A DNA stretch of 64,000 nt, taken from assembly GCA_018175075.1 (NCBI GenBank), contig GCA_018175075.1_4100.2. One strand, written 5' to 3'. Shown here piece after piece: positions 8,905 to 17,906 of the stretch. The notes under the pieces were generated by a model. It was not told the DNA's origin. It worked only from the letters and a program-made list of their open reading frames with translations, and made no database searches. This DNA comes from a phage. Positions within the stretch are counted from its first letter, which is position 1, and each line of letters begins with the position of its first letter. Made by a program: the position numbers and the translations under genes.

Positions 8905-10043
8905 CCCTTTTACAAATATATGAAGATTTAATGCACTTATGTAATACAAACGATGCGTTTTTTTATGTGGATCATAAAAGTCCTGCTGGTGGTACGTATC
9001 GTGTATTCAGTTATCGTCTAGCATCATACACTGATTTCATGCAACCAAATGCGTTGGAAACCCGTGGCTCTATGTGGGAAATTGATGAAGAAGGTGACAT
9101 GATACGTTGTGCAGCACGTACAATGAAAAAGTTCTTCAATGCTTACGAGAATCCTGCTACAATGTTCCCTGCTAACACCACATGCGATGACATTGCGGTA
9201 GTGATGCCTAAGTTGGATGGTTCGATTATCAGTACTTATCGTGATAATGATGGTGAGATTCGTTGTAAATCACATACTGCATTGTATTCTGACCATGCGA
9301 TTAACAGTACTCGACTTATTAACGAGAACCAGAATTTGTACCAGTACATCGACGAAGCGGAACGTTTAGGTTACACAGTTAATATGGAGTATACAAGCCC
9401 AGAGTACCGAATTGTATTACCATATCAGGTAGAACAACTGTTTGTACTGAACGTTCGACATCGTGTGAGTGGTGAGTTGCTATGTGGTAAAGCACTACGT
9501 GATAAGTTTCCATGTCTTGCACAGTACAGTACTAATATGACTGGAAAAGATATTCATCACACTTTTCCGGTACGAAATACCTTCCGTGAAAGCGTGGAGG
9601 AAGTTCATAAAATGCTTGATATTGAGGGTTTTGTGTGCATCCTAAATAATGGGACAATGTGTAAAATAAAGACTGACTGGTACAGTTCATTACATCTTAC
9701 AAAAGATAGTATTATTATTGATTCTCATTTATATGAAGCAGTATTAAATGGTTCAAGTGATGATTTAAAACAATTGTTCAGTACTGATGAATATGCTATG
9801 CAAAAGATATTAAGAATGGAACAATTGGTATTTTCGTGCTATAATGCATTACAAGATGAAGTAGAAAGCTTCGTCAAGGAACACAAGCACTTGGAGCGAA
9901 AGGAATTCGCAATGAAGGTTCAGGAGTGTTTAACTAATGAACTGAATCGTCAGGGCTTGGCCTTTGCAATGTATAACAATAAGAAAGTTGATTACAAAGA
10001 GACTCTTATAAAATACATGAAAATTGTACTAAAGGATTTTTAG
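8901..10043 (+). CDS. rnlA: RNA ligase 1 (T4 gp63-like)
   Basis: N-terminal region closely resembles T4 Rnl1 as I recall it (FFY...YR.FSY..ASY.D...P.ALE.RG.M.E); length 380 aa; RBS GAGGT. Confidence 0.85.
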   Translation: MTLLQIYEDLMHLCNTNDAFFYVDHKSPAGGTYRVFSYRLASYTDFMQPNALETRGSMWEIDEEGDMIRCAARTMKKFFNAYENPATMFPANTTCDDIAVVMPKLDGSIISTYRDNDGEIRCKSHTALYSDHAINSTRLINENQNLYQYIDEAERLGYTVNMEYTSPEYRIVLPYQVEQLFVLNVRHRVSGELLCGKALRDKFPCLAQYSTNMTGKDIHHTFPVRNTFRESVEEVHKMLDIEGFVCILNNGTMCKIKTDWYSSLHLTKDSIIIDSHLYEAVLNGSSDDLKQLFSTDEYAMQKILRMEQLVFSCYNALQDEVESFVKEHKHLERKEFAMKVQECLTNELNRQGLAFAMYNNKKVDYKETLIKYMKIVLKDF

Positions 10044-10073
10044 TACTATCTAGCCTAAGCACAAGGAGAAGTG

Positions 10074-10328
10074 ATGGCTAAACCTAAGTATAAAAATGAC
10101 GGTTCCCTTTCTCCGACTGAGTTCAGGAAAATACAAGAAGAAATCGATGAATTACAGCACAAACGCTCAATGAAAGGTGTGAAGATAAGTAAGAAACGAA
10201 TCGAGAATACCTTCGGATGTAGTAGTACTGAATACAAGAAGAAAAGGAAACCAAAAGGTGTTAAGCCGAGAATACATGATGTAACTCGCTATACATCGAA
10301 ACGTGAAAATAAATTTGATCCACTATAA
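10074..10328 (+). CDS. small lysine-rich basic protein
   Basis: RBS AAGGAG 5 nt upstream of ATG. Confidence 0.5.
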   Translation: MAKPKYKNDGSLSPTEFRKIQEEIDELQHKRSMKGVKISKKRIENTFGCSSTEYKKKRKPKGVKPRIHDVTRYTSKRENKFDPL

Positions 10329-10337
10329 GGAGTTCAT

Positions 10338-10568
10338 ATGAAAGTTGAAGTTCAGCATAGTATTGTTCAGGATATGTCAGTAGTTAAATTTCTTTCTCTG
10401 AAAGATTACTTCAGATGTATCAAGTTCCTAGAAGAATCTCAATTACAGTGGACCCCATTAAAGTACAGTTCATCCAATGATACTGCTAGTATTCGTTGTG
10501 ATGAATCTGTACTTGTGAAAATCTCCAAGCGATTTGGAGTAGGAAAAGTTAATGAGCACAGTAAGTGA
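10338..10568 (+). CDS. hypothetical protein
   Basis: ORF. Confidence 0.45.
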   Translation: MKVEVQHSIVQDMSVVKFLSLKDYFRCIKFLEESQLQWTPLKYSSSNDTASIRCDESVLVKISKRFGVGKVNEHSK

Positions 10569-10806
10569 CCTAAAATACTACAACAAAACTGCGGATACGT
10601 TTATTACTCATTTATATGAAGAATTTAGTCGTATCCGTAAGGAATATACAGGTAAATGTATTTTATATAGTTCTTATCATAGTGGTGGAATTGAAAGTGC
10701 TTACATTACTAAAGTGAAGTTTTCTGATGACTATCAATTACTCTTTGAATTAGATGATTGTTTCGTTATTGAAGCTTGTTTGATAGTGGATGTTCTAGAT
10801 AATTGA
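10552..10806 (+). CDS. small paralog-family protein (dispersed member)
   Basis: EYTGKCILY motif resembling the YIGK-x-V family motif. Confidence 0.45.
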   Translation: MSTVSDLKYYNKTADTFITHLYEEFSRIRKEYTGKCILYSSYHSGGIESAYITKVKFSDDYQLLFELDDCFVIEACLIVDVLDN

Positions 10807-10812
10807 GGACAT

Positions 10813-11127
10813 ATGAATAAAGAACTTGTATTTGAGAGGATCGAAAAGTTAAAGTACATTGAAAAGGAACTAATAGAATCTGTCGAATCAATGGTCGAAG
10901 ATTACGTTTTCGATTTTAAGAAAACATTGATTGGATGTAAAGTTAAATGCTGGGATCATACAATCAGAGAATGGTTCAGTACTATAATTCTTGATGTTAA
11001 AGTATCGCGTACTGCTATTGGTAATTTAGTAAATGGTGAATGCTTTGTATACACTGAATACAATAACGGAACAAGAAACCTTTCAAGAGGATGGCACAAA
11101 CTCGAAGATGTAGAATTCATTGAGTAA
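10813..11127 (+). CDS. small paralog-family protein (dispersed member)
   Basis: TLIGCKVKCW motif. Confidence 0.45.
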   Translation: MNKELVFERIEKLKYIEKELIESVESMVEDYVFDFKKTLIGCKVKCWDHTIREWFSTIILDVKVSRTAIGNLVNGECFVYTEYNNGTRNLSRGWHKLEDVEFIE

Positions 11128-11139
11128 CAAGGAGTAATA

Positions 11140-12072
11140 ATGCCAACTATTACACTAACAGTTGGATTACCTGGGTGTGGTAAAACCACATGGGCAGTTC
11201 AAGAAATTAAAAATGCCAAATCCAAGACTATCAACATCAACCGTGATGATATTCGTGAATCTATGGCTGGGTCACATGATGCTTACAAATTCAACGATGC
11301 TAATGAGCAGTACGTAACTAATTTACAGTTCAGTGCAGCAAATTCAGCAGCAGAGAATGGTTGGAACATCATCATATCCGATACAAACCTTAAACAACAT
11401 TTCCGTAATCTCTGGAAAGTATGGGCTAAAGATAATGGTTATGATTACAAAGAAAAGAACTTCTATGATGATTTTGTACCTAATGAAGACCGTGGTGCAG
11501 ATGTTCATGAATTCTTTAAGATTAAAGAGTTCGTAAAACTTTGTAAGAAATATAACCTCCAGCGTGAGCGTTCAGTACAAGATGATATCATTGACACAAT
11601 GGCAGATACGTACTATTATAGTAAGGCATTACACATTGGTTACTATGGTAATTCACGCGAAGCTGCTATCATCGTTGATATCGATGGAACTCTTGCTCAT
11701 AAATGGGGTCGTAATCCTTACGATGAAAGTACTGTTCTTCAGGATACACCTGATGAAGAAGTTATTTTGTCTATTATCGCTGAAGCAGTTTTTCATAAAC
11801 GCAAGATTATCGTCATGAGTGGGCGTACTGAAGGGTGTCGTACTGACACCGAACAGTGGCTTAAGAATTGGGGTGTTCCTTACGATGCATTGTTTATGCG
11901 AGGCATCGATGATAAACGTCCTGATGATGTTGTTAAATTCGACCTGTACATGAAAAATGTGGTTAATCAATACGATGTTAAAAAGGTATATGATGACCGC
12001 GAAGCCGTGACGTTCATGTGGCGTAAGCTACTTGGTTTGAAGGTATTTCAAGTAGATTTTGGACGTTTTTGA
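11140..12072 (+). CDS. pseT: polynucleotide 5'-kinase / 3'-phosphatase
   Basis: P-loop GLPGCGKTT and overall resemblance to T4 Pnk (INRDD, VDIDGTLA phosphatase motif); RBS AAGGAG. Confidence 0.85.
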   Translation: MPTITLTVGLPGCGKTTWAVQEIKNAKSKTININRDDIRESMAGSHDAYKFNDANEQYVTNLQFSAANSAAENGWNIIISDTNLKQHFRNLWKVWAKDNGYDYKEKNFYDDFVPNEDRGADVHEFFKIKEFVKLCKKYNLQRERSVQDDIIDTMADTYYYSKALHIGYYGNSREAAIIVDIDGTLAHKWGRNPYDESTVLQDTPDEEVILSIIAEAVFHKRKIIVMSGRTEGCRTDTEQWLKNWGVPYDALFMRGIDDKRPDDVVKFDLYMKNVVNQYDVKKVYDDREAVTFMWRKLLGLKVFQVDFGRF

Positions 12073-12112
12073 TAAAATAAATAGTGCATATATGACAAAA
12101 AGGACTTTCTAT

Positions 12113-12799
12113 ATGCACTATTATATTATATATAAAATAACCAATTTAATTAATAATAAAATTTATATTGGTGCTCATATGACTGATGACATAAATGATG
12201 AATATATGGGTTCAGGTGTTCTGATAAAGAAATCCATTAAGAAATATGGAATTGAAAAATTCAATAAAGAAATACTTTATATTTTTGATAATAAAGAAGA
12301 AATGTATAACAAAGAAAGAGAAATTGTTAATGAACAATTTATACAAAGAAGCGACACATATAACATCAAACGTGGTGGAGAAGGTGGCTACGGCGTAATT
12401 GATAAAGAAAATTGGAAAAAACAAATATCAACGGCACAAAAGAAGCGATATTCTTCAGGTGTTGTGGCTTGGAATAAAGGTAAATCTGTATCAGAAGAAA
12501 CACGTATTCAAATGAGTCAGAGGATGAAAGGTCGTTTCCCTGGAGATAAAAATCCTATGCATGGTAAACCCTGTACATATAAAATGACAGATGAAGAAAA
12601 AACATCATGGTCCAACAATATAAAGAAATCAAACACTGGTAAAAAGAGAACTGATGTTCAAAAACAAAAATATTCTTCGGTCGCGTCAAAACGAATTTGG
12701 TTAGTTCATAAAAGTGGTAAAGTTACTAATACACAAAATGAAAATGACCCACGTTTGAATGATCCAGATTGGCAACGTGGTCAAAAGTGGAGAGAATGA
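12113..12799 (+). CDS. GIY-YIG homing endonuclease (Seg-like)
   Basis: YIIYKITN...KIYIGAH GIY-YIG motif; C-terminal NUMOD3-like repeats; start at ATG 12113 with AAAGGA upstream. Confidence 0.8.
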   Translation: MHYYIIYKITNLINNKIYIGAHMTDDINDEYMGSGVLIKKSIKKYGIEKFNKEILYIFDNKEEMYNKEREIVNEQFIQRSDTYNIKRGGEGGYGVIDKENWKKQISTAQKKRYSSGVVAWNKGKSVSEETRIQMSQRMKGRFPGDKNPMHGKPCTYKMTDEEKTSWSNNIKKSNTGKKRTDVQKQKYSSVASKRIWLVHKSGKVTNTQNENDPRLNDPDWQRGQKWRE

Positions 12800-12823
12800 A
12801 TATTTTTATGGATTATAATTTTT

Positions 12824-12850
12824 GAGGGATCATATGTTGGTCCCTTTTTC
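12824..12850 (+). terminator. intrinsic terminator
   Basis: Hairpin GGGATCA...TGGTCCC plus T-run. Confidence 0.6.
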
Positions 12851-12867
12851 TTTTAAGGAATATTATA

Positions 12868-13044
12868 ATGAATGTAAAAACACAGATGTTATTACAAAAA
12901 GAATACTTAGAAAATATAGAAATGTTCTATAGATTGTCTTTATACGAAAAAAAACATAAAAAATATAGCTTTTCTAAACATCTAAACACAAGTACTGATG
13001 ATTATCTATTTTCATCAATGTTTTATGTGAGAGGTTTATTATAA
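12868..13044 (+). CDS. small hypothetical protein (58 aa)
   Basis: ORF below track threshold; AAGGAA RBS 8 nt upstream; stop overlaps next ATG (TAATG). Confidence 0.4.
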   Translation: MNVKTQMLLQKEYLENIEMFYRLSLYEKKHKKYSFSKHLNTSTDDYLFSSMFYVRGLL

Positions 13045-13304
13045 TGGATAAATTTCACACAGATATAACACAGATAGGTAATCTTATCAATAGTCTAATT
13101 ACTGATTTAGAAGAAAAGTACTTAGGTCGAAATGTATACGTAGAAATGTATGAAACATATGGTGTTATTGATATGATTTATTACAGTGCATTGAAGTGTG
13201 AAATACGTTTAACAGTATGTTTGTTTGAAAAAAATACATTCAACAGAAGTACTGCAATTCGCCAAGTTGGAGTTGATGATATAGAATTATACGAGGAACA
13301 ATGA
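13044..13304 (+). CDS. small paralog-family protein (dispersed member)
   Basis: EEKYLGRNVYVEMY motif. Confidence 0.5.
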   Translation: MDKFHTDITQIGNLINSLITDLEEKYLGRNVYVEMYETYGVIDMIYYSALKCEIRLTVCLFEKNTFNRSTAIRQVGVDDIELYEEQ

Positions 13305-13555
13305 TGTTTGAGCAGGACTTAGAGATATTCAAAAGTCATATTGATTACTTGACTATATTAGAAAATGATTTAACTACAAAGTACAAAGGCATTCGTGTTC
13401 TGTGCTGGTATGATGATTGGGATTATAAACGTGAACTCACGATTGATCGAATTTATTTCAGTGACGGTGTACTAAATGTACATGGTGTAAATGATTTTGG
13501 TCATTCATATACATATTCTAATAATGCTAAATTTAAAAGGATCTACAATGAATGA
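13301..13555 (+). CDS. small paralog-family protein (dispersed member)
   Basis: TTKYKGIRVLCWYD motif. Confidence 0.5.
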   Translation: MMFEQDLEIFKSHIDYLTILENDLTTKYKGIRVLCWYDDWDYKRELTIDRIYFSDGVLNVHGVNDFGHSYTYSNNAKFKRIYNE

Positions 13556-13850
13556 ATATTATCATAATTTATTCGATTACATAAAACTAATAGATGATCT
13601 TTCTTTTGAATTTCTCAGTACTGAAAAAGTTCTTGAACCTCTCTATTATGATTGTATTAGTTCACTATGTTTAGATGAAAAAGAGATATTAGCAAACAAC
13701 TTACCATCCACGGTCTGTACAATCAATGGTTCCAAGGCATTAGTGTGCGAGGTTAATTTTCATAAATCACTTAATACAATTGTTTACAAGTTCGATAACA
13801 CTTGGGTAAATCATGTAACCAGTAATATTAAATCTGTGAGATTTTTATGA
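13548..13850 (+). CDS. hypothetical protein
   Basis: ORF; start at ATG 13548 after AAAAGGA. Confidence 0.45.
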   Translation: MNEYYHNLFDYIKLIDDLSFEFLSTEKVLEPLYYDCISSLCLDEKEILANNLPSTVCTINGSKALVCEVNFHKSLNTIVYKFDNTWVNHVTSNIKSVRFL

Positions 13851-14143
13851 ATATAAAAAAATTATTTGAACAAGTAAATTTATTGTACTGGTGTTCAGAC
13901 GGGTCAGATAAAGAAAATAGTGAAGCTTTTTTAGAATTATTCAGAAATGAAATACACATAATTAGAAGATACTTAATTGATAATAAAACTGAAGTAAAAG
14001 TTAGATACCATAATGGTACTTTAAAGAATGGTATAATTATTGGATTGATAGTTACACGAATGTCTAGTAATATTAAAGTTGCAGTAAGATTAATGACTGA
14101 TGATGGTGTCTACACAATAGAAGCTAGTGAGATTATATATTAA
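13847..14143 (+). CDS. small hypothetical protein
   Basis: ORF, overlapping start/stop. Confidence 0.5.
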   Translation: MNIKKLFEQVNLLYWCSDGSDKENSEAFLELFRNEIHIIRRYLIDNKTEVKVRYHNGTLKNGIIIGLIVTRMSSNIKVAVRLMTDDGVYTIEASEIIY

Positions 14144-14449
14144 ATGGATATACAAACATTCAATAAACTTAAGTACTATGATAATGGTTTTGCATTAATA
14201 ATTAACGAACTTGATGGAATACCATACGAATATCATAATCAATTAATGAAGATAATAAAATGTATATGTGAAGAATTAAAAAGTATATTTAAAAATGAAT
14301 ATGTTTATGATTTAGGTAATAGTAGCAAAAAACTATACATAAAGAAATTCTGGGGAACGCATTGCGGTTTGATGGTCGATTTAGGTTTAAGTTTAGACGA
14401 TAATTCTGAATCATGTTCATTATATATAGATGAAATGCGAATATCATGA
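14144..14449 (+). CDS. hypothetical protein
   Basis: ORF. Confidence 0.5.
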   Translation: MDIQTFNKLKYYDNGFALIINELDGIPYEYHNQLMKIIKCICEELKSIFKNEYVYDLGNSSKKLYIKKFWGTHCGLMVDLGLSLDDNSESCSLYIDEMRIS

Positions 14450-14475
14450 GACGTATCAGAATTCGGTGATATAAT
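14447..14475 (+). promoter_or_regulatory. sigma70-like promoter with extended -10 (TGaTATAAT)
   Basis: TGATATAAT at 14467-14475; weak -35 TGAGAC. Confidence 0.4.
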
Positions 14476-14506
14476 TTGATTACATCACCAATAGGGAGAA
14501 GTTGAA

Positions 14507-14833
14507 GTGAATGGTTCGTTTTTAACAATATTAGAAAAGACAACCGAGATGCTTTCTAGCTCGTTAATGCAGATTTTCAGTACTAATAATTTATACAATA
14601 CCCAGGTGTTAGATTCAATTAATAATAACTATGTGGTAAGTATATCTGATGAAATATGTCCATTTAACGCGTATTCAATTTATAGTGTAGAAGAGTTTCG
14701 TATATCCGAGATTCGATGTGGTTTTGGTGCTTGGTTAGTTCTAAATGAACGTTCAGGGTTGTCTTTATACATCGAAGAAGTTAGTAAATTTATATACAAA
14801 GGAGTAGAATATGTTAACCCCAATTATTCTTAG
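14507..14833 (+). CDS. hypothetical protein
   Basis: GTG start after AGGGAGAA RBS. Confidence 0.5.
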   Translation: MNGSFLTILEKTTEMLSSSLMQIFSTNNLYNTQVLDSINNNYVVSISDEICPFNAYSIYSVEEFRISEIRCGFGAWLVLNERSGLSLYIEEVSKFIYKGVEYVNPNYS

Positions 14834-15440
14834 CAGTGCATATGTAATCGGTATTATTATTTCTGGTATGCTTGCATATAACTATAACCGAAGTGTTCTA
14901 GGTTATGTAGTACTTGGTACAGTACTAAGTCCAGTGATTGCCATTGGTCTTCTTGTTATGCTAGGTGAGAAAAATACAAGCTTCTTTATTACTAAAGAAC
15001 TTGATAAAATCACTCCAGCACCAGAAACAGTTATTCCAGAAGTTAAAGAAGAAGTTAAAGAAGTTGAAGTTCAAATGCAAGTTAAAGTGTATAATACACT
15101 TGAAGAAACTGATCCTAAAGTTGTAGTGAATGTAGTTCCAGTCGTTGAAGATGTGAAACCAAAAGCTCCTAAAGTACAGAAAAATACTAAAACTGCAAAG
15201 AAAGCTCGTTACACTAAAGGTAAGAACAAAGGTAAATCTAAGGATGAACCACAACTAGGTGTTCATGACCATACTGCACAAATTGCAACGGCAGCGACCG
15301 CAGCAGCAATCGTAACATCACCAATCTACAACAATGATGATTACAGTGATTATAGCCGTCACAGCAGTTCTTCCTCTGATTCTTGTTCCTATGATAGCTC
15401 TAGTTCTGATTCAAGTTCATCGTCTGGAAGTTGTGATTAA
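14811..15440 (+). CDS. membrane protein with Lys/Val/Glu-rich linker and Ser/Asp-rich C-terminal tail
   Basis: Two N-terminal hydrophobic segments; C-terminus SSSSSDSCSYDSSSSDSSSSSGSCD. Confidence 0.5.
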   Translation: MLTPIILSSAYVIGIIISGMLAYNYNRSVLGYVVLGTVLSPVIAIGLLVMLGEKNTSFFITKELDKITPAPETVIPEVKEEVKEVEVQMQVKVYNTLEETDPKVVVNVVPVVEDVKPKAPKVQKNTKTAKKARYTKGKNKGKSKDEPQLGVHDHTAQIATAATAAAIVTSPIYNNDDYSDYSRHSSSSSDSCSYDSSSSDSSSSSGSCD

Positions 15441-15769
15441 TGTCAATGAAACCACTAATTCAACATAATATTTTTTATAGGTCATTATTCAAAATTCAAG
15501 ATGATTTTTATCAGACGTTGAGTAATGATCTTATAGGTAAAACTGTACGATATTCGGAACAATACATCAAACGTATGACAAGTCAGTATATTGACCCTGA
15601 ATACGAATACGACATTGAACACATTAATCCCAATACTAGAATGAAAATCATTGAGATATTTAAGAATGGGAGAACTATAGGTGCTGAAATTGAGTACTTG
15701 AATTGTGATTGTTACATAGATACAGAGTTGAGTTTGGATTATCTTGTTTTAGTGGATGATGAGGAATAA
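15440..15769 (+). CDS. small paralog-family protein (dispersed member)
   Basis: LIGKTVRYSEQY motif. Confidence 0.45.
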   Translation: MSMKPLIQHNIFYRSLFKIQDDFYQTLSNDLIGKTVRYSEQYIKRMTSQYIDPEYEYDIEHINPNTRMKIIEIFKNGRTIGAEIEYLNCDCYIDTELSLDYLVLVDDEE

Positions 15770-15771
15770 TT

Positions 15772-15987
15772 ATGATAACATTTTTTGCAATATATGGATT
15801 TGTAGCATTTGTTACATTTATAACCAACTTTCTAGTACTTAATTGGGGTTGTTTTAAAGATGAAATCATGATTATCATGAATCTCCAAACAGCAGCACTG
15901 ATGGCTATTATTTGGCCTGTAACATTAGTATATATTTTTATTTCACTTACCCAAGATATTATTAACAAATATAAGAGAAAGAAATAA
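15772..15987 (+). CDS. small membrane protein
   Basis: Hydrophobic ORF. Confidence 0.45.
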   Translation: MITFFAIYGFVAFVTFITNFLVLNWGCFKDEIMIIMNLQTAALMAIIWPVTLVYIFISLTQDIINKYKRKK

Positions 15988-16238
15988 TGTTCAACACTGA
16001 CTTATCACATCTGCGATATCTTATGTCTTTGGCTGATGATTTTATAAATGATCTGAAGCCAAAATATATTGGTCAAGAAGTACGATTAATAAACTCCAGA
16101 GGGTATGGAAAGTATATTATTACTGATATGTATATTAGTGGTGGTGAATGGCGTTTTAAAATTAATACTTATCTTAAAGATGGTTCTTTTGCTGGAACAC
16201 AAGTTACTAAACACACTAATATTATATGGTTGGAGTAA
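15987..16238 (+). CDS. small paralog-family protein (dispersed member)
   Basis: KPKYIGQEVRLIN motif. Confidence 0.5.
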   Translation: MFNTDLSHLRYLMSLADDFINDLKPKYIGQEVRLINSRGYGKYIITDMYISGGEWRFKINTYLKDGSFAGTQVTKHTNIIWLE

Positions 16239-16240
16239 TA

Positions 16241-16984
16241 ATGAAACACTTCTTAGAAGTAACCGTACCTGATGATAAAGATTTATACATTGTAGGTGAT
16301 TTGCATGGTAATGGTAAACTATGGGATGCTACAGTGAAAGAATTTGGTATTACACACAATGATTATGTTTTCAGTGTAGGTGATATTATCGACCGTGGAG
16401 AACAAAATTCAAAGCTCCTTTTTGAATTTTTGTTCGGAGAAAATCGTTACATGATTGCGGGTAATCATGAGATGATGTGCGTTGATTCGGAAACACTTCG
16501 AGATTGGTATCATTGTTGGATAAGTAATGGTGGTGATAAATTCCTTGATGAAGTTGGAGGAACAGGCATTCAATTCTTTCGTCAGTACTTAAAGGATCTC
16601 CCTATGATTATCCAAATCAATCACCGAGGATTGAAGATTGGGTTAGTTCATGCTGGTGTTCCGTTGGAATATACAACATGGGAACGATTTGTTAATGGGA
16701 CAAAATCACTTAGTGCTGATATAATTGATAAGTGCTTGTGGGATAGAAAAACATTCGATTATTGTAGAACTAATAATACATATTATGCACCTAAGTTAGA
16801 TGGAGTGCATTGTGTCTTTAGTGGACATACAGCAGTTACAGATCCACTCATTTACGGTAATCGCATTTGGATTGATAGTCAGTTCTTGACGGGTGACTTA
16901 ACTCTCGCTACTCCACAAAGTGGTGGAATGAGATACTTACGTAAAGAAAAAGATGAGTACTCATTCAATCGTTTCAAAAGGTAA
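16241..16984 (+). CDS. Ser/Thr protein phosphatase (PPP family, lambda-PPase-like)
   Basis: GDLHGN, GDIIDRG and GNHE motifs; start at ATG 16241 after GGAG. Confidence 0.8.
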   Translation: MKHFLEVTVPDDKDLYIVGDLHGNGKLWDATVKEFGITHNDYVFSVGDIIDRGEQNSKLLFEFLFGENRYMIAGNHEMMCVDSETLRDWYHCWISNGGDKFLDEVGGTGIQFFRQYLKDLPMIIQINHRGLKIGLVHAGVPLEYTTWERFVNGTKSLSADIIDKCLWDRKTFDYCRTNNTYYAPKLDGVHCVFSGHTAVTDPLIYGNRIWIDSQFLTGDLTLATPQSGGMRYLRKEKDEYSFNRFKR

Positions 16985-16989
16985 TAATT

Positions 16990-17232
16990 ATGCATGATGT
17001 AGTTAAAAAATATTTGAATGATAGATATATTATGAAAAAATCTATTAATTCTATCCTAAAAGACCATGCTAATCAAATACGTGAGATTCTATCAAATAAA
17101 CTTATTGGTTGTTCAGTTGAGTTCAACTACAAAAAGAATGTCGTGAAGATTGGAGTTATTAAACGTGTAGTTGCTGTTTATGACCAAAAGTATATGTTGA
17201 AATTGAATATGATGGTAAATTATCACAATTAA
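16990..17232 (+). CDS. small paralog-family protein (dispersed member)
   Basis: NKLIGCSVEFNY motif. Confidence 0.45.
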   Translation: MHDVVKKYLNDRYIMKKSINSILKDHANQIREILSNKLIGCSVEFNYKKNVVKIGVIKRVVAVYDQKYMLKLNMMVNYHN

Positions 17233-17268
17233 GTACTGAAGATTTAACATTTTTATAAGGAAATAGAA

Positions 17269-17496
17269 ATGAAAGTAATTCAAGTTATGGTAGAAAAATA
17301 CCAAACTGAAGATGGTCGTATTTTTGATTCAGCTAAACAAGCTGAACACCATGAACGTATTATTTCGGGTGCACGTAAAGTATGTCCTACATGTAATGGA
17401 ACACAACAAGTACCGTCAGAAGATTACCGCAGCTTTTATGCTTGTCCACACTGTGATGGGAAAGGCTACGTAGAAAAACAAGAGGTATGGAAATGA
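17269..17496 (+). CDS. small zinc-finger protein (CxxCxGxG type)
   Basis: CPTCNGT and CPHCDGKG motifs. Confidence 0.5.
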   Translation: MKVIQVMVEKYQTEDGRIFDSAKQAEHHERIISGARKVCPTCNGTQQVPSEDYRSFYACPHCDGKGYVEKQEVWK

Positions 17497-17906
17497 AATT
17501 GTATTGTTTAACTAATATGTACTGCCAAGGTGTCCAAGCTGGTATTCAAGCATTCCATGCTGGTGTTAAACTAATTAAAGAATATGAAGGTACTGCTTTC
17601 AGTACTATTATTGATGAATGGTACTATGAACACGAAACTATTGTAGTACTAAATGCTGGTGGACATGATAAGTTAAATTCTTATTATAACAACCTTAGCA
17701 AACAGGGAAAAGTTCCGTTTGCCAAATTCAATGAAGCTGGATTGAATGATGCTATTACCTGTGTAGCAGTACTGTGTACGTCTGAAATGATTGAAGACAT
17801 GGCTGTTATGCGTATGAATCTTCCTGCTGGTGATCAACTAATGCAAGTAAAATATGGTGCATTGTTTGACACACTAAAAGCAATCAGTACAATGAGGACT
17901 ATTTGA
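17487..17906 (+). CDS. hypothetical protein
   Basis: ORF. Confidence 0.5.
   Translation: MEMKLYCLTNMYCQGVQAGIQAFHAGVKLIKEYEGTAFSTIIDEWYYEHETIVVLNAGGHDKLNSYYNNLSKQGKVPFAKFNEAGLNDAITCVAVLCTSEMIEDMAVMRMNLPAGDQLMQVKYGALFDTLKAISTMRTI

Noticed and set aside
11333-11818. Two alternate-frame ORFs inside pnk
   Set aside because: Nested within a high-confidence gene with strong similarity to T4 Pnk
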